This document shows, piece by piece, positions 55,920 to 64,000 of a stretch of 64,000 nucleotides of DNA. Origin of the DNA: a bacterium (GTDB taxonomy: Bacteria > UBA8248); contig OZ241326.1 of the NCBI GenBank assembly GCA_965199855.1, forward strand, positions 64,001-128,000. Reading direction: 5' to 3'. Position 1 is the first letter of the stretch. The number at the start of each line of letters is the position of its first letter. The position numbers were made by a program, and so were the translations under genes. Under the pieces are notes generated by a model. That model had not been told where the DNA came from. It ran no database searches and worked only from the letters and a program-made list of their open reading frames with translations.

Positions 55920-57029
55920 CTAAGCCCACGCTAGCCACCGCTCGCCAATCGCCATGATCTTCACGCGGGCGGCGTCCGCGCCCGTCCTCCCGATTTCCTC
56001 CCGCAGGACGCGGGGCGGCTCGTCGATGGGCTCGTCCGTCAGGTCGAAGGTTCCCCAGTGCATGGGAATCATCCAGCGCGCGCCCAGATCGCGAAGCGCC
56101 CGAAGCCCCTCGGCGGGGTTCATGTGAGGATAGCGCATCATCCATCGGGGGGCGTAGGCGCCGACGGAGAGCATCGCCGCGTCGATGGGGCCGAACCTGC
56201 GCCCGAACTCGCGGAACCCGTGAAAATAGCCGCTGTCGCCGCCGTGAAAATACCGCCGCCCGCCCGCCTCGATGAGCCAGGCGCACCACAGGGCGGCGTC
56301 GCGCCCCATGCCGACGCGGTTCGACCAGTGCTGCGCCGGCAGGCAGGTGAGGCGGACTTCCCCGTGCCGCGCGCTCTCCCACCAGTCGAGCTCCACGGCG
56401 CGCCGGCCCAGCGCGCGCACGAACTCCCCCAGCCCCGCCGGAACGAACCACGCCGTATCCTCCGGAAGATTCTCCACCGTCCAAGCGTCCAGGTGATCGT
56501 AATGGTTGTGGGAGATCGTCGCCGCCGCGCCCCCGGGGATGGAAGCCGGCGGAACGCCCGGGGGCTGAAGGCGTTCATACAGCAGCGCGCGGTCGCCGAA
56601 GTGGGGGTCGGTGAGGATGACGCTCTCCTCCTCCCGGATGACGAAGCCGCAATGCCCGACCCAGGTGATGGAGGGCGGCTCTTCCGGCCGGGAGAGATAC
56701 GCCCCGTCGTTGGGAACGACGGGAACCTCGGGCGTCCTGCTCCTCTTCACCGCCGCGAACTCGTTGCGATACAGGAACTTCCACTTGAGCAGGCTGATTC
56801 TGGAGCCCGGGCTCGGCCACCAGGGGTTGAACCACGCCCCCGGTGCCCCGTGCGGCCAGTAGAGGGATTCCGCCTCCCGGGAGAGGAGCCCCTGGCTCTC
56901 GGGCGAGGGCGGCGGAGGCGCCTTGACGCCCAGCCCCAGCCGCCCGCACCCGCCCGCCAGCCCCAGGGCGGCGAGGCCCGCAAGCCCCGCGCGCCCGAGA
57001 AACTTTCGCCTGGCGATTTTCGGCTTCAT
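55920..57029 (-). CDS. MBL-fold metallohydrolase (NAPE-PLD/RomA-like), predicted Tat lipoprotein
   Basis: ARRKFLG twin-arginine signal with LAGGC lipobox; SHNHYDHLD, PAQHWS, GGDSGY and PMHWGTF motifs. Confidence 0.9.
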   Translation of the reverse strand: MKPKIARRKFLGRAGLAGLAALGLAGGCGRLGLGVKAPPPPSPESQGLLSREAESLYWPHGAPGAWFNPWWPSPGSRISLLKWKFLYRNEFAAVKRSRTPEVPVVPNDGAYLSRPEEPPSITWVGHCGFVIREEESVILTDPHFGDRALLYERLQPPGVPPASIPGGAAATISHNHYDHLDAWTVENLPEDTAWFVPAGLGEFVRALGRRAVELDWWESARHGEVRLTCLPAQHWSNRVGMGRDAALWCAWLIEAGGRRYFHGGDSGYFHGFREFGRRFGPIDAAMLSVGAYAPRWMMRYPHMNPAEGLRALRDLGARWMIPMHWGTFDLTDEPIDEPPRVLREEIGRTGADAARVKIMAIGERWLAWA

Positions 57030-57056
57030 CCCCGGCTTCCGCGGCGGCGCGGAGCG

Positions 57057-57959
57057 TCAGTCGAGAGAGGCGAGCCACCCCGCGATGGCGCGGCCCATCT
57101 CGTCGGGAGAGTCCTCGTGGCAGTAGTGGAGGCCGGCGACCGACGCCTCCGTCACGTTCGGCCAGCCGCGCACCCGCTCCCGATGCGCGCCCACGAGCAC
57201 GGCGCCCGGCTCGGCGTTGATGAAGAGCTTGGGCGCGGGGTGCTGCTCCAGCCATGCGTTGTTGCGCTCGATGACTTCGAGAACGTCGGCCGGCTCGCCC
57301 TCGATGGGAATCTCGCGCGGCCAGGTCAGGGTGGGCCTCCTGTCCTCCCCGGGCCTCCGGTAGGGCCTGCGGTATTCGTCGTGAATCTCGCGGGAGACCT
57401 CCCGGATGACCATGGCGGGCAGAACCTTCTCCACGAACCAGTTGCGCCCGAGGACGAGCTCCTCGCCCTCCGCGCCCCGGAATCTCCTGAACAGCGCCTG
57501 AACCTCCGGCGGCCAGTGGCTCCACGCGAAGTCGCCGACCACCCCCTGGCAGACGACGACGCCCCTGAGCCTCTCCCGCCTCCGCGCCGCCCAGGTGAAG
57601 CCCAGCTGCGCCCCCCAGTCGTGCGTCACGATGACGAAGTTCTCCTCCACCCCCAGGGCGTCAAGCAGCGCGTTCGTGAAGGGCTGGTGATCGGCCAGCC
57701 GATACATGGAGCCTTCCAGCTTGTCGGAATCGCCCTGGCCCACGTTGTCGACGGCGACGCAGCGGCCCAGCCCCTCGACGTGGGGAATCACGTTGCGCCA
57801 CATGTAGGAGGAGGTGACGTTGCCGTGAAAAAAGACGATGGGCGCGCCCTCGCCCGCCTCCACGTAGGCCATCCGCTTCCCCAGAACCTCGACGAACCTC
57901 TTCTCATACCTCATGCGGGGCTCTATCGCCGCCGCTGCGCCGCCCGGCTCGCGCCTCAC
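57057..57959 (-). CDS. Haloalkane dehalogenase-like protein (HLD-II / LinB-DhaA type)
   Basis: HGNVTSSYMWRN, HDWG, RPTLTWPREIP, KLFINAEPG and GLHYCHEDSP motifs; alternative ATG start at 57914. Confidence 0.88.
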   Translation of the reverse strand: MRREPGGAAAAIEPRMRYEKRFVEVLGKRMAYVEAGEGAPIVFFHGNVTSSYMWRNVIPHVEGLGRCVAVDNVGQGDSDKLEGSMYRLADHQPFTNALLDALGVEENFVIVTHDWGAQLGFTWAARRRERLRGVVVCQGVVGDFAWSHWPPEVQALFRRFRGAEGEELVLGRNWFVEKVLPAMVIREVSREIHDEYRRPYRRPGEDRRPTLTWPREIPIEGEPADVLEVIERNNAWLEQHPAPKLFINAEPGAVLVGAHRERVRGWPNVTEASVAGLHYCHEDSPDEMGRAIAGWLASLD

Positions 57960-59002
57960 TCGCCCACCTCCAGAACGAGCTTCCCGCGCGCATGGCCTTC
58001 CTCCAGGAGCCGATGCGCGCGGGCGACGTTCTCCGCGTTCATGCGCCCCATATCGGTCACCCCGGGCGGGCGGAGCTCCCCCGCCGCCACCCGGTCCCGA
58101 ACCTCCTCGAGCGCCTTCTTATAGACCCCGTAGAGGGCGGGGCCGCCCCCGCGGGCGGGGGCGCGCAGGAACACGCTGTGAAACGAGGCCGACTTGGTGA
58201 ACAGGGGGCCCGCCTGCGAGGAGAAGAACTCCTCGATGGGCGCGCCCGGCTCCGGGGCGATGGAGGTGATCCTCCCCCAGTAGTCCACCGCCTCGCAGCA
58301 GACCTTCTTCATCTCGCGGCCCACGAAGTCGAACGTGGCGGGGAACAGCCGCCCGCCGTTCATCTCCACCGCCCGCCGAGCAACCTCGGCCGCCGACAGC
58401 CCGGAATAGCGCAGCGCCCCGCCCGGGGCGCCGCCGAGGAGGCTCTCGACGTACGCGGCGCTCTCCTCGCTCCCCGCCGTGACCACGATGGGGGAGGCGC
58501 CCGCGCGCGCGAGCATCTGAAGCGCCATGCTCCCCACCCCGCCCGAGCCGCCCGCCACGAGCGCCGCCTCGCCCGGCCGGACTCCCGCCTTCATCACCAC
58601 GGCCTCGCGCGCCGTGAGCGAGACGAGCGGAAGAGCGGCCGCCTGGGCGAAGGTGACGCCCTCCGGCTTCTTCACGACGAAAGCGGCGGGAACGCAGACG
58701 AATTCCGCGTAGCCCTCCCCGCCGCTGTCGCCGAACCTCGGCAGATAGGCCATCACCTCGTCGCCGGGGGAGAACTCCCCGGCTTCCGCGCCCGCCGACT
58801 CCACCACCCCGGCGGCGTCGCGCCCCAGAACCATGGGAGCCGCCCCCTGGTTGCCGCCCCGCCTCGCCTTGAAGTCGGTCGGGTTCACGGAGATCGCCCG
58901 GCTGCGGATTTTCACCTCCCCGGGCGCGGGGTCTCTCTCGGGCCAATCGGCGTCCTCGAGGTTCTCCACCCCGCCGAACGCTCTCAGGACGACCGCACGC
59001 AT
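57956..59002 (-). CDS. MDR-family (quinone oxidoreductase-like) dehydrogenase
   Basis: SVNPTD, LGRDAAG, AAALPLVSLTA, GGSGGVG and GKLVL motifs. Confidence 0.9.
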   Translation of the reverse strand: MRAVVLRAFGGVENLEDADWPERDPAPGEVKIRSRAISVNPTDFKARRGGNQGAAPMVLGRDAAGVVESAGAEAGEFSPGDEVMAYLPRFGDSGGEGYAEFVCVPAAFVVKKPEGVTFAQAAALPLVSLTAREAVVMKAGVRPGEAALVAGGSGGVGSMALQMLARAGASPIVVTAGSEESAAYVESLLGGAPGGALRYSGLSAAEVARRAVEMNGGRLFPATFDFVGREMKKVCCEAVDYWGRITSIAPEPGAPIEEFFSSQAGPLFTKSASFHSVFLRAPARGGGPALYGVYKKALEEVRDRVAAGELRPPGVTDMGRMNAENVARAHRLLEEGHARGKLVLEVGE

Positions 59003-59015
59003 TCTCTCCTCCCCG

Positions 59016-59801
59016 TCAGACCATCCAGGCGCCGCCCGCGAGGAGCAGCCCCTGCCCCGTCACGTTGCGGCTCTCGTCGCTCGCCAGATACACCGCCATG
59101 TGGCCCACGTCGTCGGGCGTCTGCTCGCGGCCCAGGGGAACCGCCGCCTCCACGAACTCGTCGAACACCCGCCGGGCGGGCCTGTCCGTCTCTTCGCCGA
59201 TGATGACCCCGTGCCCCTTCTCCCAGAGGTTCGTCCACAGAAGCCCCGGGTTGATCGCGTTGACGTTCACGTTGTAGGGCGCCATCTCCTTGGCGAGGCT
59301 CATGGTGAAGTTCATGCACGCCGCCTTCGAGGCGCAGTAGTGCGGGACGTTCTCGTTCGCGCGCCGCGCGGCGAGCGAGGCCAGGTTGATGATTTTTCCG
59401 TATTCGCGCCCGCGCATGTGGGAGGCGACCGCCCGGCACATCAGGAACACGCCCGTCGAGTTCACGGTGAAGACGGCGTTCCACTCCTCGAGCGTGATTC
59501 TGTCAATCGGGTTTCCCATCAGCCCGGACGCCCTGCCGTGGCAGTTCACCAGAATGTCGATATGCCCCATCCGCTCGATGGCCGTCCGCGCGACCCTCTC
59601 CGCGTCCTCCTCGCTCGTCACGTCCGCCCCGAGGGCGAAATGCGCCCCCTCGCCCGCGTCGTCGAGCCCCCTCCGCGCCACCTCCTCGCTCACGTCAACC
59701 ACGCAGATTCGCGCCCCCTCGCGGGAGAAGGCGCGGATGATGCCCCGGCCGATTCCGCCGCCTCCCCCCGTGACCACCGCCGTTTTCCCTTCCAAGCGCA
59801 T
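59016..59801 (-). CDS. Short-chain dehydrogenase/reductase
   Basis: TGGGGGIG, YCASK and VNAINPG motifs. Confidence 0.93.
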   Translation of the reverse strand: MRLEGKTAVVTGGGGGIGRGIIRAFSREGARICVVDVSEEVARRGLDDAGEGAHFALGADVTSEEDAERVARTAIERMGHIDILVNCHGRASGLMGNPIDRITLEEWNAVFTVNSTGVFLMCRAVASHMRGREYGKIINLASLAARRANENVPHYCASKAACMNFTMSLAKEMAPYNVNVNAINPGLLWTNLWEKGHGVIIGEETDRPARRVFDEFVEAAVPLGREQTPDDVGHMAVYLASDESRNVTGQGLLLAGGAWMV

Positions 59802-60019
59802 CAAGGTCTCCTCCGCAATGAAGAACCGTTCGCCCAACCATGAAACCTCCCTTCGGATTGTAGCAGGAACGCGGCGGAGCGGGCATCCCCGCCCCGGCGC
59901 GCCCGCCCCGCCCGGGTTTTCCCCGCGGGGGGAGAGTGATATTCTCCCTCCGCTTCAGACGCACCGGAGAAGCGGCGCGCGGGCCGCGGGAGAGCCTCGA
60001 ACAGCGACGGGAGAGAGAA

Positions 60020-60454
60020 ATGGGCCTGATCAAAATGACGAAGGAATCCATCGACGTAGGCATCGTGGTGAAGGATCTGGAGGTCGCCGAGAAGTTCTAC
60101 GGCGGCGCGCTGGGGCTTCCCGTCGTGCGCGAGGTCGAGATCGCCGAAGAGAAGGCCCGGCAGGCGGGCTGCGCCTCGGGCAGGTTCCGCTTCAAGGCGT
60201 TTCAGGCGGGCGAGGTGCAGCTGAAGGTCGTCCAGGCGGACGCTGACCCGCCCGCCGGCGGCGGCGCCATCGACGAATCGACCGGCTACCGCTACCTCAC
60301 CTTCACCGTGGAGAGCGTCCAGGAGGCGCGCGACGCGCTGGCGGCGGCGGGGGCGAAGCTGATGGGGGAGATCACCGAGGTCGTCCCGGGCCGCTTCATC
60401 ATCTTCTTCCAGGACCCCGACGGAAACATGCTGGAGTGCGTCGGTCCCCGGTAG
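60020..60454 (+). CDS. VOC/glyoxalase family protein
   Basis: DVGIVVKDLEVAEKFYGGALG...FFQDPDGNMLE. Confidence 0.9.
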   Translation: MGLIKMTKESIDVGIVVKDLEVAEKFYGGALGLPVVREVEIAEEKARQAGCASGRFRFKAFQAGEVQLKVVQADADPPAGGGAIDESTGYRYLTFTVESVQEARDALAAAGAKLMGEITEVVPGRFIIFFQDPDGNMLECVGPR

Positions 60455-60500
60455 GCGGGGACGCTCTCGGAGCATCGCGCCGCCCGGCCGGAGCCTCGGG

Positions 60501-61148
60501 ATGTTCGGGCTTCTCCAGGAGTATCTGGCGGAATTCACCTACGTCGGAATCTTCCTCGTCCTCCTGCTCTGCGGCCTGGGGCTGCCGCTGCCCGAGGACG
60601 TTCCCATCATCCTGTCGGGCTATCTGGCGCATCTGGGCGCGGTGGAGTTCTGGCCCGCCCTCGCCGCGAACCTCCTGGGCATCATGGCCGGCGACCTCGC
60701 CACATACGGCCTGGGCTACTGGATGGGCCCCAGGGCGCTGGAGCACCCCCTTCTGCGCCCCGTGATGACGCGGGCGCGCATGGAGAAGGTGCGGCGCTTC
60801 TTCGACAGGCACGGCAAGAAGGCCATCTTCCTGGGCCGCTTCGTCACGGGGCTTCGCGCCCCCCTGTTCCTGGCGGCGGGCGTCACCCGGCTTCCGGCGC
60901 GCGTCTTCGCGGGCATGGACCTCGCCGCGGCGCTCCTGAGCGCGCCCCTGCTGTTCACGGCGGCCTGGTGGTTCGGAGACGGCATCGACGCCTTCCGGGA
61001 GGCGGCGGGAACGGGCAAGGCCGTCCTCATCCTCGCGCTGGGCGCAGGCTGCGCCTGGCTCGCCGGCAGGGCCCTGCGGCGAAAATGGAGGGCGCGCGCC
61101 TCCCGCCCCGCCTCAGGCCGGGGCCGCGGGCGGGACGCCCCGCCCTGA
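60501..61148 (+). CDS. DedA family membrane protein
   Basis: GLPLPED, GDLATYGLG and IFLGRFVTGLR motifs. Confidence 0.92.
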   Translation: MFGLLQEYLAEFTYVGIFLVLLLCGLGLPLPEDVPIILSGYLAHLGAVEFWPALAANLLGIMAGDLATYGLGYWMGPRALEHPLLRPVMTRARMEKVRRFFDRHGKKAIFLGRFVTGLRAPLFLAAGVTRLPARVFAGMDLAAALLSAPLLFTAAWWFGDGIDAFREAAGTGKAVLILALGAGCAWLAGRALRRKWRARASRPASGRGRGRDAPP

Positions 61149-62063
61149 CGCGCCGACGGCCTGGATTTCATGCGCGCCGCGCGGGTCGATTCTGAGCACG
61201 TACATGCGGCACCCGATGCCGCGGGCGCGATAGACGCCGCGCATCGCGCTGCCCACCCTGCCGGGCTCCTCGCCGCAAATCGCCAGAACGCAGGGGCCCG
61301 CCCCGCTCACGCACGCCCCCAGCGCGCCGGCGTCGTAGGCCGCCCGGAATACCTCCTCCAGCGGGCCCATCAGCTCCGCGCGGTAGGGCTGGTGCAGCCT
61401 GTCCTGCATGGCGTCGCGGAAGAGCTCGTCGCGCCCGGCGGCGAACGCCGCCATGAGCGCGCCCACCCGCTGCACGTTGAAGATCGCGTCGCCCAGGGAA
61501 ACCCGCTCGGGCAGCTTCTCCCTCGCCTCGCGCGTGCTCACCTCGAAGTCGGGAATGGCGATGACCCACCGGTAGCGCTCCACCACGGGCATCCGCGTGT
61601 AGATGGTCCTGCCGTCGGAGGCGGTCGCCGAGACGCAGAACCCCCCCATCAGCGCGGGCACCACGTTGTCGGGATGCCCCTCCATCTCGACGGCGAGCTG
61701 GACGAGCTCGTCCATGCCGAGCGGGGCGCCGAGCAGGACGTTCGCCCCCACGATTCCGCCCACGATGGCGGCCGAGCTGCTCCCCAGCCCGCGCGCGAGG
61801 GGAATGTGGTTGCGCTGCTTCATCCACAGGCCGGTGAAGGGGCGGTTCGCCCGCTCATACACGCGCTTCACGGCCTGCACGCAGACGTTCGACTCGTCCC
61901 TGGGAATGACGCCGCGGCCCTCTCCCTCCACCTCGACGGCGACGCCCCAGGGGAGGCTGTCGAGCTCCACGCGGTTGTAGATGCGAAGCGCGACCCCCAG
62001 GGCGTCGAAGCCCGGACCCAGATTCGTCGTGCTCGCCGGAACCTGCACGCGCGCCAAAGCCAA
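61113..62063 (-). CDS. thrB: Homoserine kinase
   Basis: VPASTTNLGPGFDALG, PLARGLGSS, EGHPDNV, DRLHQPYR and SGAGP motifs. Confidence 0.95.
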   Translation of the reverse strand: MALARVQVPASTTNLGPGFDALGVALRIYNRVELDSLPWGVAVEVEGEGRGVIPRDESNVCVQAVKRVYERANRPFTGLWMKQRNHIPLARGLGSSSAAIVGGIVGANVLLGAPLGMDELVQLAVEMEGHPDNVVPALMGGFCVSATASDGRTIYTRMPVVERYRWVIAIPDFEVSTREAREKLPERVSLGDAIFNVQRVGALMAAFAAGRDELFRDAMQDRLHQPYRAELMGPLEEVFRAAYDAGALGACVSGAGPCVLAICGEEPGRVGSAMRGVYRARGIGCRMYVLRIDPRGAHEIQAVGASGRGVPPAAPA

Positions 62064-62085
62064 AGCGATCTCCCCGGAAGCCGGG

Positions 62086-62667
62086 TCAGCCGGAGCGAAC
62101 GTCCCCGGAGCGGGCGAAGGCGCAGCCCGCCCGCCTCATCTCCTCGAGGGCGCGCTCGCCGTCCCCGGGCCGGAGGTTCACCGCGCGGACGACGTCCTCC
62201 ACCACCACGACGCCGAAGCCCTCCCGCCTGGCGTCGAGCGCGGTGGCCTTGACGCAGTAGTCCGTCGCCAGCCCGCAGACGAAAAGGCGCTCCACGCCCA
62301 TCTCCCGCAAATCCGCCGCGAGCGGGGAGCCGTCGAAGCCGGAATACGCCTCGGCGTCGGCGTCCCGGGCCTTCGAGACGACCATCTCCACGCGCGAGGC
62401 GCGCATCCGCGGATGGAAGGCGGCGCCCGGCGTTCCCGCCACGCAGTGAGGGGGCCATGCGCCGCCCCGGGCCTGAAACGACACGTGATTCGCCGGGTGC
62501 CAGTCGCGCGTCGCCGCCCGGCGCCAGGCGGAAATCTCCAGAAGCGCGTTCACCGGCGCGACGATCGCGTCCCCGTCGGCCACGGCGAGCGCGCCGCCCG
62601 GGCAGAAATCCACCTGCAAATCCACGACGAGGAGGGCGTCGCCCGCCCCCGGGGTATGCGTCGGCAT
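62086..62667 (-). CDS. pncA: Nicotinamidase/pyrazinamidase
   Basis: VDLQVDFCPGGALAV, DWHP, WPPHCV and GLATDYCV motifs. Confidence 0.93.
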   Translation of the reverse strand: MPTHTPGAGDALLVVDLQVDFCPGGALAVADGDAIVAPVNALLEISAWRRAATRDWHPANHVSFQARGGAWPPHCVAGTPGAAFHPRMRASRVEMVVSKARDADAEAYSGFDGSPLAADLREMGVERLFVCGLATDYCVKATALDARREGFGVVVVEDVVRAVNLRPGDGERALEEMRRAGCAFARSGDVRSG

Positions 62668-62683
62668 CGCTGAGCCGCCTCCC

Positions 62684-63514
62684 CTATTCCGCCGCCTTCA
62701 GCTTCAGGCGGCGCGGCGCGCCCTCGCCGTCCCGGCGGACGGAAACCTCCACGCCCGAAGGATGCGCCAGAAAAACGCTCTCGAAAACCCCTACAGTCCC
62801 GACCGCGCGTCCTCCCGCTTCGAGGATCACGTCTCCCCGGCGAAGCCCGGCGCGCGCCGCCGGCGCGTCCTCGCGCACCTGGGAGACGAGAAGCCCCCTC
62901 CCCGCCTCGCCCCCGAAGAAGCGCGCGAGGGCGGGCGTCATCCTCTGGAGGACGACGCCCAGCTTCCGCCTGTGGGCGTATTCGCGCGCGGCCGGAACGC
63001 CCGCCTTCATCACGTCCGGCTTCACGTATATCGGAGACTTCACCCGCAGCGCCAGGGCGATGGCGTCCGAGGGGCGGCTGTCCACCGAAAGCCTCCCGCC
63101 CGCCGCCCTCATCTCGATGAACGCGAAATACGTGCCGCCCCTGAGCTCCGTGATGACCACCCGCAGAACCCTGGCTTTGAGGCCGCCGATGATGCTGCGC
63201 ATCAAATCGTGCGTCATCGGCCTGGGCGGGGCGGCCTTCCCGAGCGCCATGAGAATCGCCTGCGCCTCCGCCGGGCCGATCCATATCGGCAAAAGGGCGC
63301 CGCTCGCCTTCTCCTCCAGCAGCACGACGGGCTGGCCGCTGCTCTGATCCGCCACGACGCCCTTCACCCCCACGAGGCGAAGGTCGGGGGACGCCGCCCG
63401 CGCGGGCCGCCCAAGAAGGCACAGGAAAGCGAGAAGAAGGCCGAAGGCGGCGACACATCCGGCGCGCGTAAAATACGCCGTCCCCGGACCGAAAACAGGG
63501 CGCTCACGCCGCAT
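62684..63514 (-). CDS. Bifunctional nuclease (DUF151) domain with N-terminal signal/TM segment and C-terminal PDZ domain
   Basis: LPIWIGPAEAQAI, RPMTHDL and DSRPSDAIALALR (DUF151); LGVVLQ...GLLVSQV...PAARAGLRRGDVI (PDZ). Confidence 0.85.
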   Translation of the reverse strand: MRRERPVFGPGTAYFTRAGCVAAFGLLLAFLCLLGRPARAASPDLRLVGVKGVVADQSSGQPVVLLEEKASGALLPIWIGPAEAQAILMALGKAAPPRPMTHDLMRSIIGGLKARVLRVVITELRGGTYFAFIEMRAAGGRLSVDSRPSDAIALALRVKSPIYVKPDVMKAGVPAAREYAHRRKLGVVLQRMTPALARFFGGEAGRGLLVSQVREDAPAARAGLRRGDVILEAGGRAVGTVGVFESVFLAHPSGVEVSVRRDGEGAPRRLKLKAAE

Positions 63515-63564
63515 GGCTTCGATCCCCCCTCCCCGCGCCGGCCGGCGCTTCCGGCGGCCGCGCG

Positions 63565-63996
63565 CTAGCGAGCCTGAAACGCGCATTCCGGAATCGGCGT
63601 ATCCACCCGCTGGCCCGGCCGCTCCTCCACCTTGGTCTCGTATATCCCGTCGCAGTCGGTGTCGAGAAGCGTCATGTCGTAGGGATACCTGCCGTCCTCG
63701 TCCACGTTGATGGCGAAAATCCGGCCGTTGATGGAGATCGTCTCGAACTGGAACTTCCACTCGTCGAGATACTGCTTGATGAGGGTCTCCTCGCCGGGAA
63801 TGCGCCTGGTGAGATCGCGCCGGACCCAGCCCAGAAAGCGGGCGCGTCCGAGCTCGGGCGCGTCGAAGCCCTCGGGCCGCTTCTCGACGGGGCCCTTCCG
63901 CGGCGGCGCGGGGGCGGCGAGGGCGGCCGCCGCGCCCGCGAGCACCGCCGCCAGCAGAAAGAAAGCGCAGATTCGCCAGGGGGTCATGGGAATCAT
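63565..63996 (-). CDS. Secreted hypothetical protein
   Basis: Signal-peptide-like N-terminus; DTDCDG Dx[DN]xDG-like motif; the start lies at the window edge. Confidence 0.65.
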   Translation of the reverse strand: MIPMTPWRICAFFLLAAVLAGAAAALAAPAPPRKGPVEKRPEGFDAPELGRARFLGWVRRDLTRRIPGEETLIKQYLDEWKFQFETISINGRIFAINVDEDGRYPYDMTLLDTDCDGIYETKVEERPGQRVDTPIPECAFQAR

Positions 63997-64000
63997 CCTC

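Noticed and set aside
61113-61148. Functional convergent overlap of dedA and thrB
   Set aside because: A 36-bp overlap of low-complexity C-terminal tails is common in GC-rich genomes.
1-64000. tRNA or rRNA genes, including tRNA-Sec
   Set aside because: No cloverleaf or rRNA signature was recognised by eye; tRNAscan-SE or Infernal would be needed to exclude them.

Overview
A GC-rich bacterial chromosomal window, about 70% GC by eye. Gene content and erosion patterns suggest a host-associated Nitrospinota/Tectomicrobia-like or Deltaproteobacteria-like organism, but this is inference only. Housekeeping genes include scpAB, panE, rluB, bioF, crcB, thrB, pncA and a futalosine (mqn) cluster. There are many catabolic enzymes: amidohydrolases, CoA transferases, a nitrile/thiocyanate-hydrolase-like pair and a haloalkane-dehalogenase-like protein. 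Several low-GC restriction-modification or defence insertions are scattered through the window. Features the ORF track misses: (1) two selenoproteins split at in-frame UGA codons, a PrdB/GrdB-like UxxC protein (5256-6164) and an AhpD-like CxxU protein (38230-38502), each with a SECIS-like hairpin; (2) an IS1595-family element whose 23-bp terminal inverted repeats enclose a passenger DNA methyltransferase and a small wHTH-like gene; (3) a perfect parS palindrome next to a mosaic of about 10 REP palindromes; (4) an mqn cluster in which MqnA is fused to an amidase and a CyaC-like heme/ferredoxin adenylate cyclase is embedded; (5) a candidate ART-like toxin/antitoxin pair beside GmrSD; (6) internally deleted gene scars. 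All family assignments come from motif recognition by eye; no database searches were run.
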